NCBI GenBank assembly: GCA_919902675.1 | Contig: CAKKRH010000032.1 | Span: 1,270 to 65,269 of the forward strand | DNA length: 64,000 nt | Reading direction: 5' to 3' | From: Omnitrophica bacterium GWA2_41_15 | Lineage (GTDB): Bacteria > Omnitrophota > Gorgyraeia > Gygaellales > UBA12090 | Shown: piece by piece, positions 35,814 through 44,592 of the stretch | How the letters are laid out: each line of letters begins with the position of its first letter | How positions within the stretch are numbered: position 1 is the stretch's first letter | Notes under the pieces: generated by a model | The model's database searches: none | Told to the model about the DNA's origin: nothing | The model's input: the letters and a program-made list of their open reading frames with translations, nothing else | Position numbers and translations under genes: made by a program

Positions 35814-36377
35814 CTAATTAACCCGCTCCACATAGGCGGCGGTCCTGGTATCCACCTTAATTTTATCCCCGATATTGATAAATAAAGGAACTAAAATCGT
35901 GGCACCGGTTTCAACCTTTGCCGGCTTGTTCCCGCCTTTAGCCGTATCCCCTTTTATTCCGGGCTCGGTTTCCACGATTGCCAGCTCAATAAAATTAGGC
36001 ATTACAATATTTAAAACCTGATTCTTGTAAAAGAATCCTAATACCTCCAGATTATCCTTAAGAAACCTGGAATTCTCTCCCAGGACATCGAATGAGATTG
36101 CCAACTGGTCATAATTCTCCTGGTCCATAAAATGATACATCTCGCCTGAGGCATAAAGATACTGCAGTTTTCTCTGCTCCACAAAAGCTTCTTCTACCGT
36201 ATCCTGGCCCCTGAAGGTGCGCTCCAGCAAGCCTCCGGTGCGCATATTCTTTAGCCGGGTGCGCACAAAAGCCGAGCCCTTGGCCGGCTTGACATGCTCG
36301 GTCTCCGTGATCTGAAAAACCTGGCCGTCCATAAGAATAGTTACCCCAACCTTAAATTGATTTATCGAGAACGCCAC
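35814..36377 (-). CDS. efp: Elongation factor P
   Basis: 187 aa: ...[19 protein letters not shown]... Confidence 0.93.
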   Translation of the reverse strand: MAFSINQFKVGVTILMDGQVFQITETEHVKPAKGSAFVRTRLKNMRTGGLLERTFRGQDTVEEAFVEQRKLQYLYASGEMYHFMDQENYDQLAISFDVLGENSRFLKDNLEVLGFFYKNQVLNIVMPNFIELAIVETEPGIKGDTAKGGNKPAKVETGATILVPLFINIGDKIKVDTRTAAYVERVN

Positions 36378-37410
36378 TTAACACCTCAAAGCCTTTCTTG
36401 GTTACCAATACCATATCCTCTATCCTGATCCCAAACTTACCCGGAAGGTATACTCCCGGCTCAACCGTAAAAACCATTCCCTCTCTGATTATAGCATTAT
36501 TTTTATTGGATATAGAGGGCTCTTCGTGAACCTCTAAACCTATCCCATGGCCTAAACTGTGGCCAAAAAAACTCCCGTATCCGAAGCCGGCAATATGCGC
36601 CCTAGCAATATCATCCACAACACTTATCGCCACCCCAGGGCGAATTGCCTCTATCGCCTTGACTTGGGCCTCCCGGACGATTCTGTAAACCTTACGCTGA
36701 ATAGTTGTTATTTTACCCAAGAAAAAAACCCTTGTCAAGTCAGATTTATAACCGTTTATCTCTGCCCCCATATCTACCAGCACCATATCATTCTTACATA
36801 GCCGTCTTTTGGTGATGCCGGCGTGTGGAAAACAAGAATTTGTGCCGCTGGAAACAATTATCTTAAAAGAGGCGGCCTCTGCCCCTTTCCGGCGGATAAA
36901 ACGTTCCAGCTCACCAACAATCTCCGGCTCGGTCAACCCGGGCCGGAGATAACCTTTAATAAACCTGAAAGCTGAAACCGCGATATTCACTGCCGCGCGG
37001 ATTTTCTTAAGCTCATCCCGGCTTTTAATTTGCCTTAAGGATTCAACTATATTAAAGGTATCTAAGAATTTAGTCTTTTTGCCAAGGCCATCCTTTATCT
37101 TGGCATACTCGGCATAAGTAAGGCCGCGAGCCTCAAACCCCAGACGTTTGATTTTTAATTCCTTGACCAAAGCACAAACATCTTTAAACAGATTCTTGTA
37201 CTGAAAAACCTCTATATTTTTGAGGTTTTTCCTGGCTTCTTCTAAATAGCGAAAATCAGTGATAAAATAAACCTTGGGTTTAGAAACCAAGAGATAAGAA
37301 TCATGAGCGCTAAAGCGGCTCAAATAAGAAACATTGGCCTCTTGAGAAACTAAAAAACCGTCCAAAGAACTGTTTTTCAGCTTTTCCCGGAAGGAATTCA
37401 GGCGGGACAT
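36352..37410 (-). CDS. pepP: M24-family Xaa-Pro aminopeptidase
   Basis: 352 aa: [16 protein letters not shown]...[13 protein letters not shown]...EPG.Y..G..GIRIED. Confidence 0.85.
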   Translation of the reverse strand: MSRLNSFREKLKNSSLDGFLVSQEANVSYLSRFSAHDSYLLVSKPKVYFITDFRYLEEARKNLKNIEVFQYKNLFKDVCALVKELKIKRLGFEARGLTYAEYAKIKDGLGKKTKFLDTFNIVESLRQIKSRDELKKIRAAVNIAVSAFRFIKGYLRPGLTEPEIVGELERFIRRKGAEAASFKIIVSSGTNSCFPHAGITKRRLCKNDMVLVDMGAEINGYKSDLTRVFFLGKITTIQRKVYRIVREAQVKAIEAIRPGVAISVVDDIARAHIAGFGYGSFFGHSLGHGIGLEVHEEPSISNKNNAIIREGMVFTVEPGVYLPGKFGIRIEDMVLVTKKGFEVLSGVLDKSI

Positions 37411-37854
37411 TTATTTTTGTGGGCCCAGGAGCTTAAGGATAGCCAAAAGCCCCAGAAGATAGCTATTCTCGCCAAAGCCGGAAATTTGGCCTTTAGCCAC
37501 CGGGGCAATCAGGGAGTTATGACGGAATTCCTCACGGCTGTAGATGTTAGAAAGATGGACCTCGACCGCGGGCAAACCGCAGGCTGAGATGGCATCGCGG
37601 ATGGCTACGCTGGTATGGGTATAGGCCGCGGGATTAATCAAGATAGCCTTAAATTTATCTTTACTTTTTCCGATTAAATCCACTATCCGGCCTTCGTGAT
37701 TAGATTGAACAATCTCTAATCCTACCTTTTTTTCCTTGGCCAGCTTAAGCAGTTTAGAATTTATTTCTTTGAGGGTAATCCGGCCGTAAATCCTGGGCTC
37801 ACGCGCGCCCAGAATGTTCAGATTCGGCCCATGGATGACTAAGATTTTAAGCAT
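37411..37854 (-). CDS. aroQ: Type II 3-dehydroquinate dehydratase
   Basis: 147 aa: [18 protein letters not shown]...[16 protein letters not shown]...EVHLSNI..RE.FRH. Confidence 0.93.
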   Translation of the reverse strand: MLKILVIHGPNLNILGAREPRIYGRITLKEINSKLLKLAKEKKVGLEIVQSNHEGRIVDLIGKSKDKFKAILINPAAYTHTSVAIRDAISACGLPAVEVHLSNIYSREEFRHNSLIAPVAKGQISGFGENSYLLGLLAILKLLGPQK

Positions 37855-37857
37855 TAT

Positions 37858-38034
37858 TTATTCTTTGGGTGTTTCGGCCTCATCAATCAGCATTATCGGG
37901 ATGCCGTCCTTTACCGGATACTTACGTTTACATTTGGTGCAGGCTATTTTTTCCTCACTACCGGCAGTTTCCAGAACTACATCCGCCTTACAGGCCGGGC
38001 AAGCCAGGATATCCAATAATTCCTTATCTATCAT
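37858..38034 (-). CDS. Trm112/YcaR-family small zinc-ribbon protein (58 aa, below the ORF-track cutoff)
   Basis: My translation reads MIDKELLDILACPACKADVVLETAGSEEKIACTKCKRKYPVKDGIPIMLIDEAETPKE, with CPxC...CxxC and the DGIP.ML motif. Confidence 0.8.
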   Translation of the reverse strand: MIDKELLDILACPACKADVVLETAGSEEKIACTKCKRKYPVKDGIPIMLIDEAETPKE

Positions 38035-38036
38035 TC

Positions 38037-38870
38037 TTATCCTCCTGATGTAACAATCATTCCGGCATAACCAACCACGCTTGAGGTATCGCCGGTTGCT
38101 TCAGCGCTGGTCTGATACTTGATTAATTCCGCCTTCTTCGCTCCCAGGTTTTTGGCCGCGCAAAGCATCGCGATCGCCGGGGCATAACCGCACATTGAGA
38201 TATTTAATTCCTTTACCCTGGAGTAAAGTTTACGCTCATCTAATTCCTGGATAGCCTCAATAGCCTGATGATCCTTATGCCGGGCGCTCTTGGCGTCTTC
38301 ATAATGGGTCATATCCGATGAGGCCGCGATCAAGGTTTCTTTTTCTAAGCCGGCTTCTTTTAAACCCGCGGCGATATCCAGGCCTAATTGCTGATAATTT
38401 TTAAAATCACCGCTCCCTACCGCGATAGGGACAAAGGTAAAGTCTTGGGAGAAATACTGAAAGAATGGGAGCTCAACCTCAATGGAATGTTCACATTTAT
38501 GCGCCTGAGTATCAGATTTCAGTAAAGCGGACTTACTTAATAACTTATCGGCTAAGTCCGGATTTATCTCAACTTTCCCCAAAGGCGTCTCCCAAGAGCC
38601 TTGAGCCATAATGCTGAAATTCGCGCCCATTCCGGTATGGTTCGGCCCTAAGATGATCAGGTTCTTTTTTATCTTAAGCTGAGAAACCACACTATAGGCA
38701 ACACTGCCGGAGTAGATATATCCGGCATGGGGAAGCAGGCAGGCAACAGCCTCTTTTTGAATAACCGCGCGTATTCGCGGGCCGGCAAATGATTTTATCT
38801 GTTCCCGCAATTCCCGCGGGCTTAGAGGATAAAACTGTCCGGCCACTGCCGGCGGTCTAATTTCAGCCAT
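38037..38870 (-). CDS. Memo-like protein (AmmeMemoRadiSam system protein B family)
   Basis: 277 aa: PPAVAGQFYP...PHAGYIYSG...GPNH.G. Confidence 0.8.
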   Translation of the reverse strand: MAEIRPPAVAGQFYPLSPRELREQIKSFAGPRIRAVIQKEAVACLLPHAGYIYSGSVAYSVVSQLKIKKNLIILGPNHTGMGANFSIMAQGSWETPLGKVEINPDLADKLLSKSALLKSDTQAHKCEHSIEVELPFFQYFSQDFTFVPIAVGSGDFKNYQQLGLDIAAGLKEAGLEKETLIAASSDMTHYEDAKSARHKDHQAIEAIQELDERKLYSRVKELNISMCGYAPAIAMLCAAKNLGAKKAELIKYQTSAEATGDTSSVVGYAGMIVTSGG

Positions 38871-39780
38871 AGAGGCCCTCTAACAATTCTTTGGCTCTAA
38901 CAATCTCTCGCGGGCTTGCCGGATAATGCGCCTCCAGGATTTTGATAGTATCTTTTTTAATATAAGGCTTAAGAATACTAAAATCAAAATCTCCCGCTCC
39001 GGGAGCCAGATGGTCATGAGTTCCTTTAATATCATGCAGATGCAGGCCCAATAAATACTGCTGATATCTCTCTAAATAATCCTGGTGCCTTAAGAAACCT
39101 AAATTCTCCCAAAGCTGGGCATGCCCGGTATCATGCCAATAAAAGACATTTGCTCCCTGAAAACGTTCTAAAATCTTAGCCGTTTCCTCAAAAGAAGGAA
39201 TTTCCCGGAAATAAAACCTGTTTTCTATTCCCAGTTTAACCTTTAACCCGGCGGAATAACCTGCCAATTCCTCCAGGCTCTTTAAGGCCGCGTCAAGGTG
39301 ACCGGATATCTTTTCTTCTCTTTCCTGGCACATCTCATCCTTAAGGCGCAGGGCCGAAACCGACGATAATCCGCTTTTATTATCGTAAAAAGCGAACAAT
39401 TCCCGGGTGCGATCAGGAATCTCCACCCTTCCGCAATGCAAAACCACAGCCTCTGCCTTCAGTCTGAATGCGGTATCAATACTGATTTTGGTGTACTTGA
39501 CTGCTTCCTGCCTTTGTTCCGGGTCAAGGGAAGACAAGGAATAACAATCCGGCAAAGCCTCCTCCCGGTTCAGCCCTTCAGGCACGGGACAGTAATTATG
39601 CAGAGAGCAAACCTTAATCTGCTCTTCTTCGGTTAAGCGGGTGATATCCCTGACAATTCTCTCGGTAAGATTAAAGCTCAATTCTACCGTCTTAAAACCT
39701 AAATCCTTTATTTCCCGGATAATCGCTTTACCGTCATTATAACGAAAAGCATTCCAGGAGGTAGAAAGAGAAACGCCCAT
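38863..39780 (-). CDS. Sugar phosphate isomerase/epimerase (xylose-isomerase-like TIM barrel)
   Basis: 305 aa: ...GIENRF...WHDTGHA...HLHD..G.. pattern. Confidence 0.7.
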   Translation of the reverse strand: MGVSLSTSWNAFRYNDGKAIIREIKDLGFKTVELSFNLTERIVRDITRLTEEEQIKVCSLHNYCPVPEGLNREEALPDCYSLSSLDPEQRQEAVKYTKISIDTAFRLKAEAVVLHCGRVEIPDRTRELFAFYDNKSGLSSVSALRLKDEMCQEREEKISGHLDAALKSLEELAGYSAGLKVKLGIENRFYFREIPSFEETAKILERFQGANVFYWHDTGHAQLWENLGFLRHQDYLERYQQYLLGLHLHDIKGTHDHLAPGAGDFDFSILKPYIKKDTIKILEAHYPASPREIVRAKELLEGLYG

Positions 39781-39941
39781 TACCTTGTGCTTTTAGATCT
39801 CTTACGCTTGCGTTCGCTGGGCTTTTCGTAATGCTTGCGATCGCGCACTTCTTTCAAGATGCCTTCCTTGTCGATTTTTTTCTTAAATCTGCGCAGGGCC
39901 GCTTCAAACGGCTCATCTTTTCTGATTACCACTTCTGACAT
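39780..39941 (-). CDS. rpsU: 30S ribosomal protein S21 (53 aa, below the ORF-track cutoff)
   Basis: My translation reads [53 protein letters not shown]. An AAGGAG RBS lies upstream. Its stop overlaps the next ATG as TAATG. Confidence 0.9.
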   Translation of the reverse strand: MSEVVIRKDEPFEAALRRFKKKIDKEGILKEVRDRKHYEKPSERKRKRSKSTR

Positions 39942-40026
39942 TTATCTCATCTCCTTTTGCCTAATCATATCACCTATGATTAGAACTGTCAAACACCTTT
40001 TTTAAACCGCAAAGGCACAAAAATGA

Positions 40027-40135
40027 TTTAAACCGCTAAAACGCAAAATGGTGCTTAATGAACCCAATTAATCAAAAAAACAAAAACTGAAAAACGAAAA
40101 AAGCACTTTTTTTTGCTTTTGAAGTTTTTCAGTTT
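40027..40135. repeat. About 105-bp A-rich repeat element, copy 1
   Basis: tttaaaccgctaaaacgcaaaatggtgcttaatgaac..attaatcaaaaaaacaaaaactgaaaaac...ttttgcttttgaagtttttcagttt is about 75-80% identical by eye to 56124-56226. It contains a hairpin aaaaactgaaaaac/gtttttcagttt. Confidence 0.75.
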
Positions 40136-40148
40136 AAGCGGTTTTGTA

Positions 40149-43100
40149 TCACAAGAGATAATTTACCAAGATCTTAATCTGTTCCGCATCGAATGGCTTA
40201 CCCACTACTGGTATGGCCTTCCTTTTAACATATTCCTTTAGCTTCTCAATTTCTTCCGCATATCCCGACATGATTAATATTGGCATATCTTTTGTCTGCG
40301 CGTTCTCCTTAAGCATACCAATTACTTCATAACCACTCATCGGCATTTTTATATCCAGCATTAACAAATCAGGAATAGCAGTTTTTATTTTTTCTAATGC
40401 TTCCTTTCCATCACCGGCTTCGCTAAAATTAGAATACCCGCTTGCCTGTAAAATTTTCCTTAAAACATTCCTCACTTCTGGCTCATCATCAACAATCATA
40501 ATGGACTTCTTTAATCTTGTTTCTCTTTCGCTAACACAAAAACCGTAGACCCGCTCCAATAAATCCTTACTATTACTTGCATCGCCAGGATAGGTAGCGT
40601 ATCCATATGAAAAACCCGTCCTAAGTTGTTCATCAATTTCAAAAACAGACACTTTTATAATCATCTTCAATCGTGTCATCATGTTGGATGCCTCTTGTTT
40701 GTTAACTTGTATAAAAACAATGATCTCATTTTCACTCCCTTTAATTACAAAATCCCTGCTTCGTATAACTTTTTCTAAAGCCGTCCCTATTGAAAGGAAA
40801 ACTTTTTGTACTCTATCTTTTCCGGACTCTTTCTCAACCTCTAAATAATTATCTAACCTGATAATAAATATTGAAAATTCCTTATTTTCTTTTTTAGCTT
40901 CTCTAATTCTCTCCTCTATCGTTTCGCGCAGGAACTCTTCTTTGTTATACTTCGGCAGGGTAAAGCTAAACTTGCTGCCCTTGCCAAGGCGGCTTTCCAC
41001 CCAAATCTTACCGTGATGCAGCTCAACCAGGGCTTTAGCTATAGAAAGGCCTAAACCCGTGCCTTTTTCGCCGAATCCGGGGACGCGGTCAAACTGCTGA
41101 AACTTGCTAAATACCTTAGGAAGGTCATCCCCTGAGATGCCCACACCAGTATCAGCTACGCCGCACTCTACTTCATTTTCTTTCTCTAAAACCGAAATCT
41201 CTATTGAGCCTTCTTTAGTGAATTTAAGAGCGTTGGCGATAAGGTTGGTCAAGACCTCGATTATCTTCTCCGTGTCAGCATAAATATACAGCTGTTTTTC
41301 AGGAAGGTTGACTTTCAATTCCAGCCCAGCATCTCTTGCGCGTTTAGAAAAAGAGGAGATAAGTCCACTAATTAAACTGTTAAGGTCAGCTGAGCCTCTT
41401 TTTAGCTCCACCTTTCCCGCCTCAATCTTGGAGATATCCAAGAGGCTGTTGATAATATTTGCCAATCTATCTATATTCTTCTTTGCGGTAGTAAGAATTT
41501 TTTCCTGCTTTTCATTTACCTTGCCGGCAAGTCCGTCTAAAACTAGAGCCAGGCCTTCTTTGGTAATAGAAAGCGGGGTCCTGAGTTCATGGGAGACTAT
41601 AGAGACAAATTCGGTCTTCATTCGATTCACTTCTTTCTCTTTGGTGATATCTCTAAGAATAATAACTATACCGATAGTTTCGTTCTTTGCGTTTCTCACC
41701 GGCGCTGTATCACAGTGTAAGGATACAGGCTCTCCCTGCACAGATACCGTTAGATCCTTAAAAACTAAACAGCTAATATCTGCACACTTTTTTAATACCT
41801 CCTCTAAACCAATGGCCTCGGCCTTTTCTTTCCATATTTTAGCCGTAACCTGCTCCTCGAACCTAAAACCCAACAACTGCCTGGCCCGCGGATTTATAAC
41901 CATCACCTCACCGCATTCATCCACCATCACCACGCCCTCAACCATGCTCTCTACCATACTCTCCATCTTTGACTTTTCAGCAGTGATCACTGCCCGCAGT
42001 CTTTCAATAGCATTAGAGGCCTGATTGGCAATGGTGCAGGTAAGCTCAATATCCTCTTCTGAAAAGGCATTCTCTTTACAGCTGGAGACATTAATCATCC
42101 CGACAGTTTTACCATGCGCTGTAAAAGGAACATTAAAGAAACTATGTAATTCCTTAAATTCCCTTTTTTCTTTATGGTTTTGGCTATCGGTAGCCAAACC
42201 ACGGCCTTCTGGCCTGGAGGTTACCTCTGTAGTGCTGGGAATAAGCATGGCGCTCAGGCGTTTCTTACGGATATTCTCTCCAGTTAAGATAGAGGTAGAG
42301 TCAATCAGGCCATCTTTTACCTCATCCGTAAATTTAGCACTTTCGGAATAGACGGGCTTTAGAGTAATGTTGGCGGTATGGGTATCAAATAAAAGCGAGG
42401 CGCAGATATCATAATTGATTGTCTTGAACAATGATTCCATGATAAACTTGAGTAACGTCTGATAATCCAAGGTATAAGAAATAGCATTGGAAATCTCATA
42501 TAAAACAGATAATTCCAAAGTCCTCTCTTTTACCTTCTTCTCGAGGTCTTTAGAATATGATTCAATCTCAGCCTTTGCTTTGGTAAGTTCGGCGGTTCGT
42601 TCTTCAATCATCCCTTCTAAACTTTTAGAATATTTTTCAATTTCTGCTTTTGCCCCTGCCAAATCCTCCATCATATTCAAGGTTGCTTCCTGGGTTTGGG
42701 CTAAATCTTTGGTGCGCTCCTTAGCCTTCTTCTCTAAAGTCTTGGCAAATTCCTCTAATTCTGCCTTAGACTTCTCTAAGTTAGCAATCAGCCCATTTAT
42801 CCGGCGCATATCGTGGGCTACGCCGACAATGCCGATTATTCGTCGTTCTTCAGGAGCTTTCAGCTTTCGGCTTTCAGCTTTCGGCTCTAGATCTTCTGCT
42901 GATAGCTGAGAGCTGATGGCTGATGGCTGACTCTCATACATTACTGAACCAGAGAAACTCATCGGTATCTTCCCGCCATTTTTAGTCACATAAATCAAAT
43001 CAAAATCGCGTACCGAACCTTCCTCAACCAGTTTCCTTAGGCGTGTTCCCTTAAGGAGAAGTTCTTCCTCAAAAATATTTTCCACCGGCTGACCGATCAG

Positions 43101-43589
43101 CTCTTCTTCGGTATATCCTAATAAATCTAAAGTGGCTTTATTTGCTGTCTTAATTACGCCTTCAGGGTCAACCACAATTAAGGTATCAATCATATTGGCG
43201 ATGATAGAGTCCACGTAGCCTTTATCCAGCAATTGCGCCCTCTGTCTTTTTAAATCCTGGAGCATTTGATTAAAGGCTTTAGCTAATTGGCCAATCTCAT
43301 CAAAGCTGGTGATTTTCACCTCTGCATCAAAATTGCCCTGCCGTACGGTAGAAATTGTTGAGAGGATTGATTTTAGCGGCTTATTTAAAAGAAAGTAAAA
43401 TACCACGATAATAAGGATGCTTAAACTTAAAGTATCTATGAACGCTTCCAGAATAGGATATTGCCTAATCGCCTCAAACTTAGCAAAGATAAACATAATT
43501 ATTAACTCAAATAACGCTACCATAGAAATGAGCTTAAAGGCAATACTAAATTTTAGGCGATGTTGTCTTTTCAAGCCGTTATCCTTCAT
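40149..43589 (-). CDS. Hybrid sensor histidine kinase (2TM-HAMP-PAS-coiled coil-GAF-PAS-HisKA-HATPase-degenerate GGDEF-REC)
   Basis: 1146 aa. H-box FVSIVSHELRTPL, G-box GTGLGLSIAK and a C-terminal REC (IMIVDDEP...LMLDIKMP). Between HATPase and REC lies a GGDEF-like fold with RSRD-FVIKG-SENEI in place of RxxD-x5-GGEEF. Confidence 0.85.
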   Translation of the reverse strand: MKDNGLKRQHRLKFSIAFKLISMVALFELIIMFIFAKFEAIRQYPILEAFIDTLSLSILIIVVFYFLLNKPLKSILSTISTVRQGNFDAEVKITSFDEIGQLAKAFNQMLQDLKRQRAQLLDKGYVDSIIANMIDTLIVVDPEGVIKTANKATLDLLGYTEEELIGQPVENIFEEELLLKGTRLRKLVEEGSVRDFDLIYVTKNGGKIPMSFSGSVMYESQPSAISSQLSAEDLEPKAESRKLKAPEERRIIGIVGVAHDMRRINGLIANLEKSKAELEEFAKTLEKKAKERTKDLAQTQEATLNMMEDLAGAKAEIEKYSKSLEGMIEERTAELTKAKAEIESYSKDLEKKVKERTLELSVLYEISNAISYTLDYQTLLKFIMESLFKTINYDICASLLFDTHTANITLKPVYSESAKFTDEVKDGLIDSTSILTGENIRKKRLSAMLIPSTTEVTSRPEGRGLATDSQNHKEKREFKELHSFFNVPFTAHGKTVGMINVSSCKENAFSEEDIELTCTIANQASNAIERLRAVITAEKSKMESMVESMVEGVVMVDECGEVMVINPRARQLLGFRFEEQVTAKIWKEKAEAIGLEEVLKKCADISCLVFKDLTVSVQGEPVSLHCDTAPVRNAKNETIGIVIILRDITKEKEVNRMKTEFVSIVSHELRTPLSITKEGLALVLDGLAGKVNEKQEKILTTAKKNIDRLANIINSLLDISKIEAGKVELKRGSADLNSLISGLISSFSKRARDAGLELKVNLPEKQLYIYADTEKIIEVLTNLIANALKFTKEGSIEISVLEKENEVECGVADTGVGISGDDLPKVFSKFQQFDRVPGFGEKGTGLGLSIAKALVELHHGKIWVESRLGKGSKFSFTLPKYNKEEFLRETIEERIREAKKENKEFSIFIIRLDNYLEVEKESGKDRVQKVFLSIGTALEKVIRSRDFVIKGSENEIIVFIQVNKQEASNMMTRLKMIIKVSVFEIDEQLRTGFSYGYATYPGDASNSKDLLERVYGFCVSERETRLKKSIMIVDDEPEVRNVLRKILQASGYSNFSEAGDGKEALEKIKTAIPDLLMLDIKMPMSGYEVIGMLKENAQTKDMPILIMSGYAEEIEKLKEYVKRKAIPVVGKPFDAEQIKILVNYLL
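42192..42216. repeat. 25-nt element inside the kinase CDS, identical to one in cheW
   Basis: agccaaaccacggccttctggcctg is identical to 50477-50501. On the coding strand it gives RPEGRGLA. A flanking tggYtttggct inverted partner is present in both copies. Confidence 0.9.
42854..42931. repeat. In-frame heptamer inverted array (CAGCTTT/CGGCTTT versus GCTGATA/GCTGATG) inside the kinase CDS
   Basis: Five units lie at 42854-42888 and five complementary-type units at 42898-42931. It encodes QPSAISSQLSAEDLEPKAESRKLKAPEE. The word family is the same as the 1527-1575 intergenic hairpin. Confidence 0.8.
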
Positions 43590-43621
43590 ATTTAGTTAAT
43601 ACTGAAAAATCCTCTTTTTAT

Positions 43622-43706
43622 GATTACACCGATTGAAAATCCGATTACGCAGATTAAAGTCTCGTCGAACAAACTCTGTGTAATCATTCTTATAATCTGT
43701 GTAATC
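43622..43706. repeat. GATTACRCMGAT box array (2 forward, 2 reverse)
   Basis: gattacaccgat at 43622-33, gattacgcagat at 43643-54, ctctgtgtaatc at 43674-85 and atctgtgtaatc at 43695-706. Located between the HAMP gene stop and the kinase start. Confidence 0.85.
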
Positions 43707-43738
43707 AAGTTTCTGTCAGCTTTTTCAGCAGAAACTAT

Positions 43739-44374
43739 TTAACTTTTTTCTTTCAATTTTTGTTCCAGCTGACTAATCACTTCCTTCAGCTCCTTCATTT
43801 TAAGTTCTCTATCAACGGATAATTTATTGAATCGCTCAAGGTCAGCTGCTTTTTTCTCCAGCACTTGTTTGGCCTCGGTTATCTCTCGTGTGCGTTCTTC
43901 CACCTTTTTCTCCAGGCCTTCGTTAAGGACATTTAGCTCCTTATCCGCCTGCCTGAGTTCTTCGTTGGCTGCCTCAAGCTTTTCATTGGATGCGTTAATT
44001 TCCTTGGTTCGCGCCTGAATTTCTTGTTCTAAATCCGTACCCCAATTTTTAAGTTTTTCGGCCATCTTATTGAAATGGACAGCGATGAAACCAAACTCAT
44101 CCTTTCTTTCTTCGTTAGCTTTTACGGAGAAGTCTCTCTTTTCTACCGCGTTCATAACCTTAAGAAATTCATCCAGGGGCTTTTTTAACAACCTAAGGTA
44201 AATGATAGTAATAATCAGAATTAAAATAGAGATATCTATTATCGGCCCCAAAAAGGCGTATTTTTCTATTAAACTCCTTAGTGGGGCAAAATATTCGTAG
44301 ATAAGCATTATAAAAAGCTCTACAAGAGCAACTAAAAAGATAAGTTTCATTAAAATACTGTTACGGATTCTCAT
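43739..44374 (-). CDS. Membrane HAMP + coiled-coil protein without output domain
   Basis: 211 aa. It has 2 TM with a short loop, a HAMP (KKPLDEFLKVMNAVEKRDFS...FNKMAEKL), then coiled coil containing LEKKVEERTREI. The N-terminal module is paralogous to that of the kinase. Confidence 0.7.
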   Translation of the reverse strand: MRIRNSILMKLIFLVALVELFIMLIYEYFAPLRSLIEKYAFLGPIIDISILILIITIIYLRLLKKPLDEFLKVMNAVEKRDFSVKANEERKDEFGFIAVHFNKMAEKLKNWGTDLEQEIQARTKEINASNEKLEAANEELRQADKELNVLNEGLEKKVEERTREITEAKQVLEKKAADLERFNKLSVDRELKMKELKEVISQLEQKLKEKS

Positions 44375-44408
44375 GTTGATTTTCCTCCCGGTTGCGCTCT
44401 ATTGCATT

Positions 44409-44550
44409 CAGACTGTGTCACAATAGCCTTTTGTGTCATTGCGAGGTCGCCAAAGGCGACCGTGGCAATCTTTATTCCGACGATGTCTGAGTTAAAGATT
44501 GCTTCGCTGCGCTCGCAATGACACATGTTTTACCATTATGACACAGCCTG
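44409..44550. repeat. 142-bp compound inverted-repeat element (outer 37-nt arms, two inner hairpins)
   Basis: The arms are cagactgtgtcacaatagccttttgtgtcattgcgag (44409-44445) and ctcgcaatgacacatgttttaccattatgacacagcctg (44512-44550). The inner hairpins are gtcgcc/ggcgac and gcaatcttt/aaagattgc. Confidence 0.8.
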
Positions 44551-44592
44551 ATTGCGATATGTAATCAGCCGTAAATCCATCTTTGTATCGCG

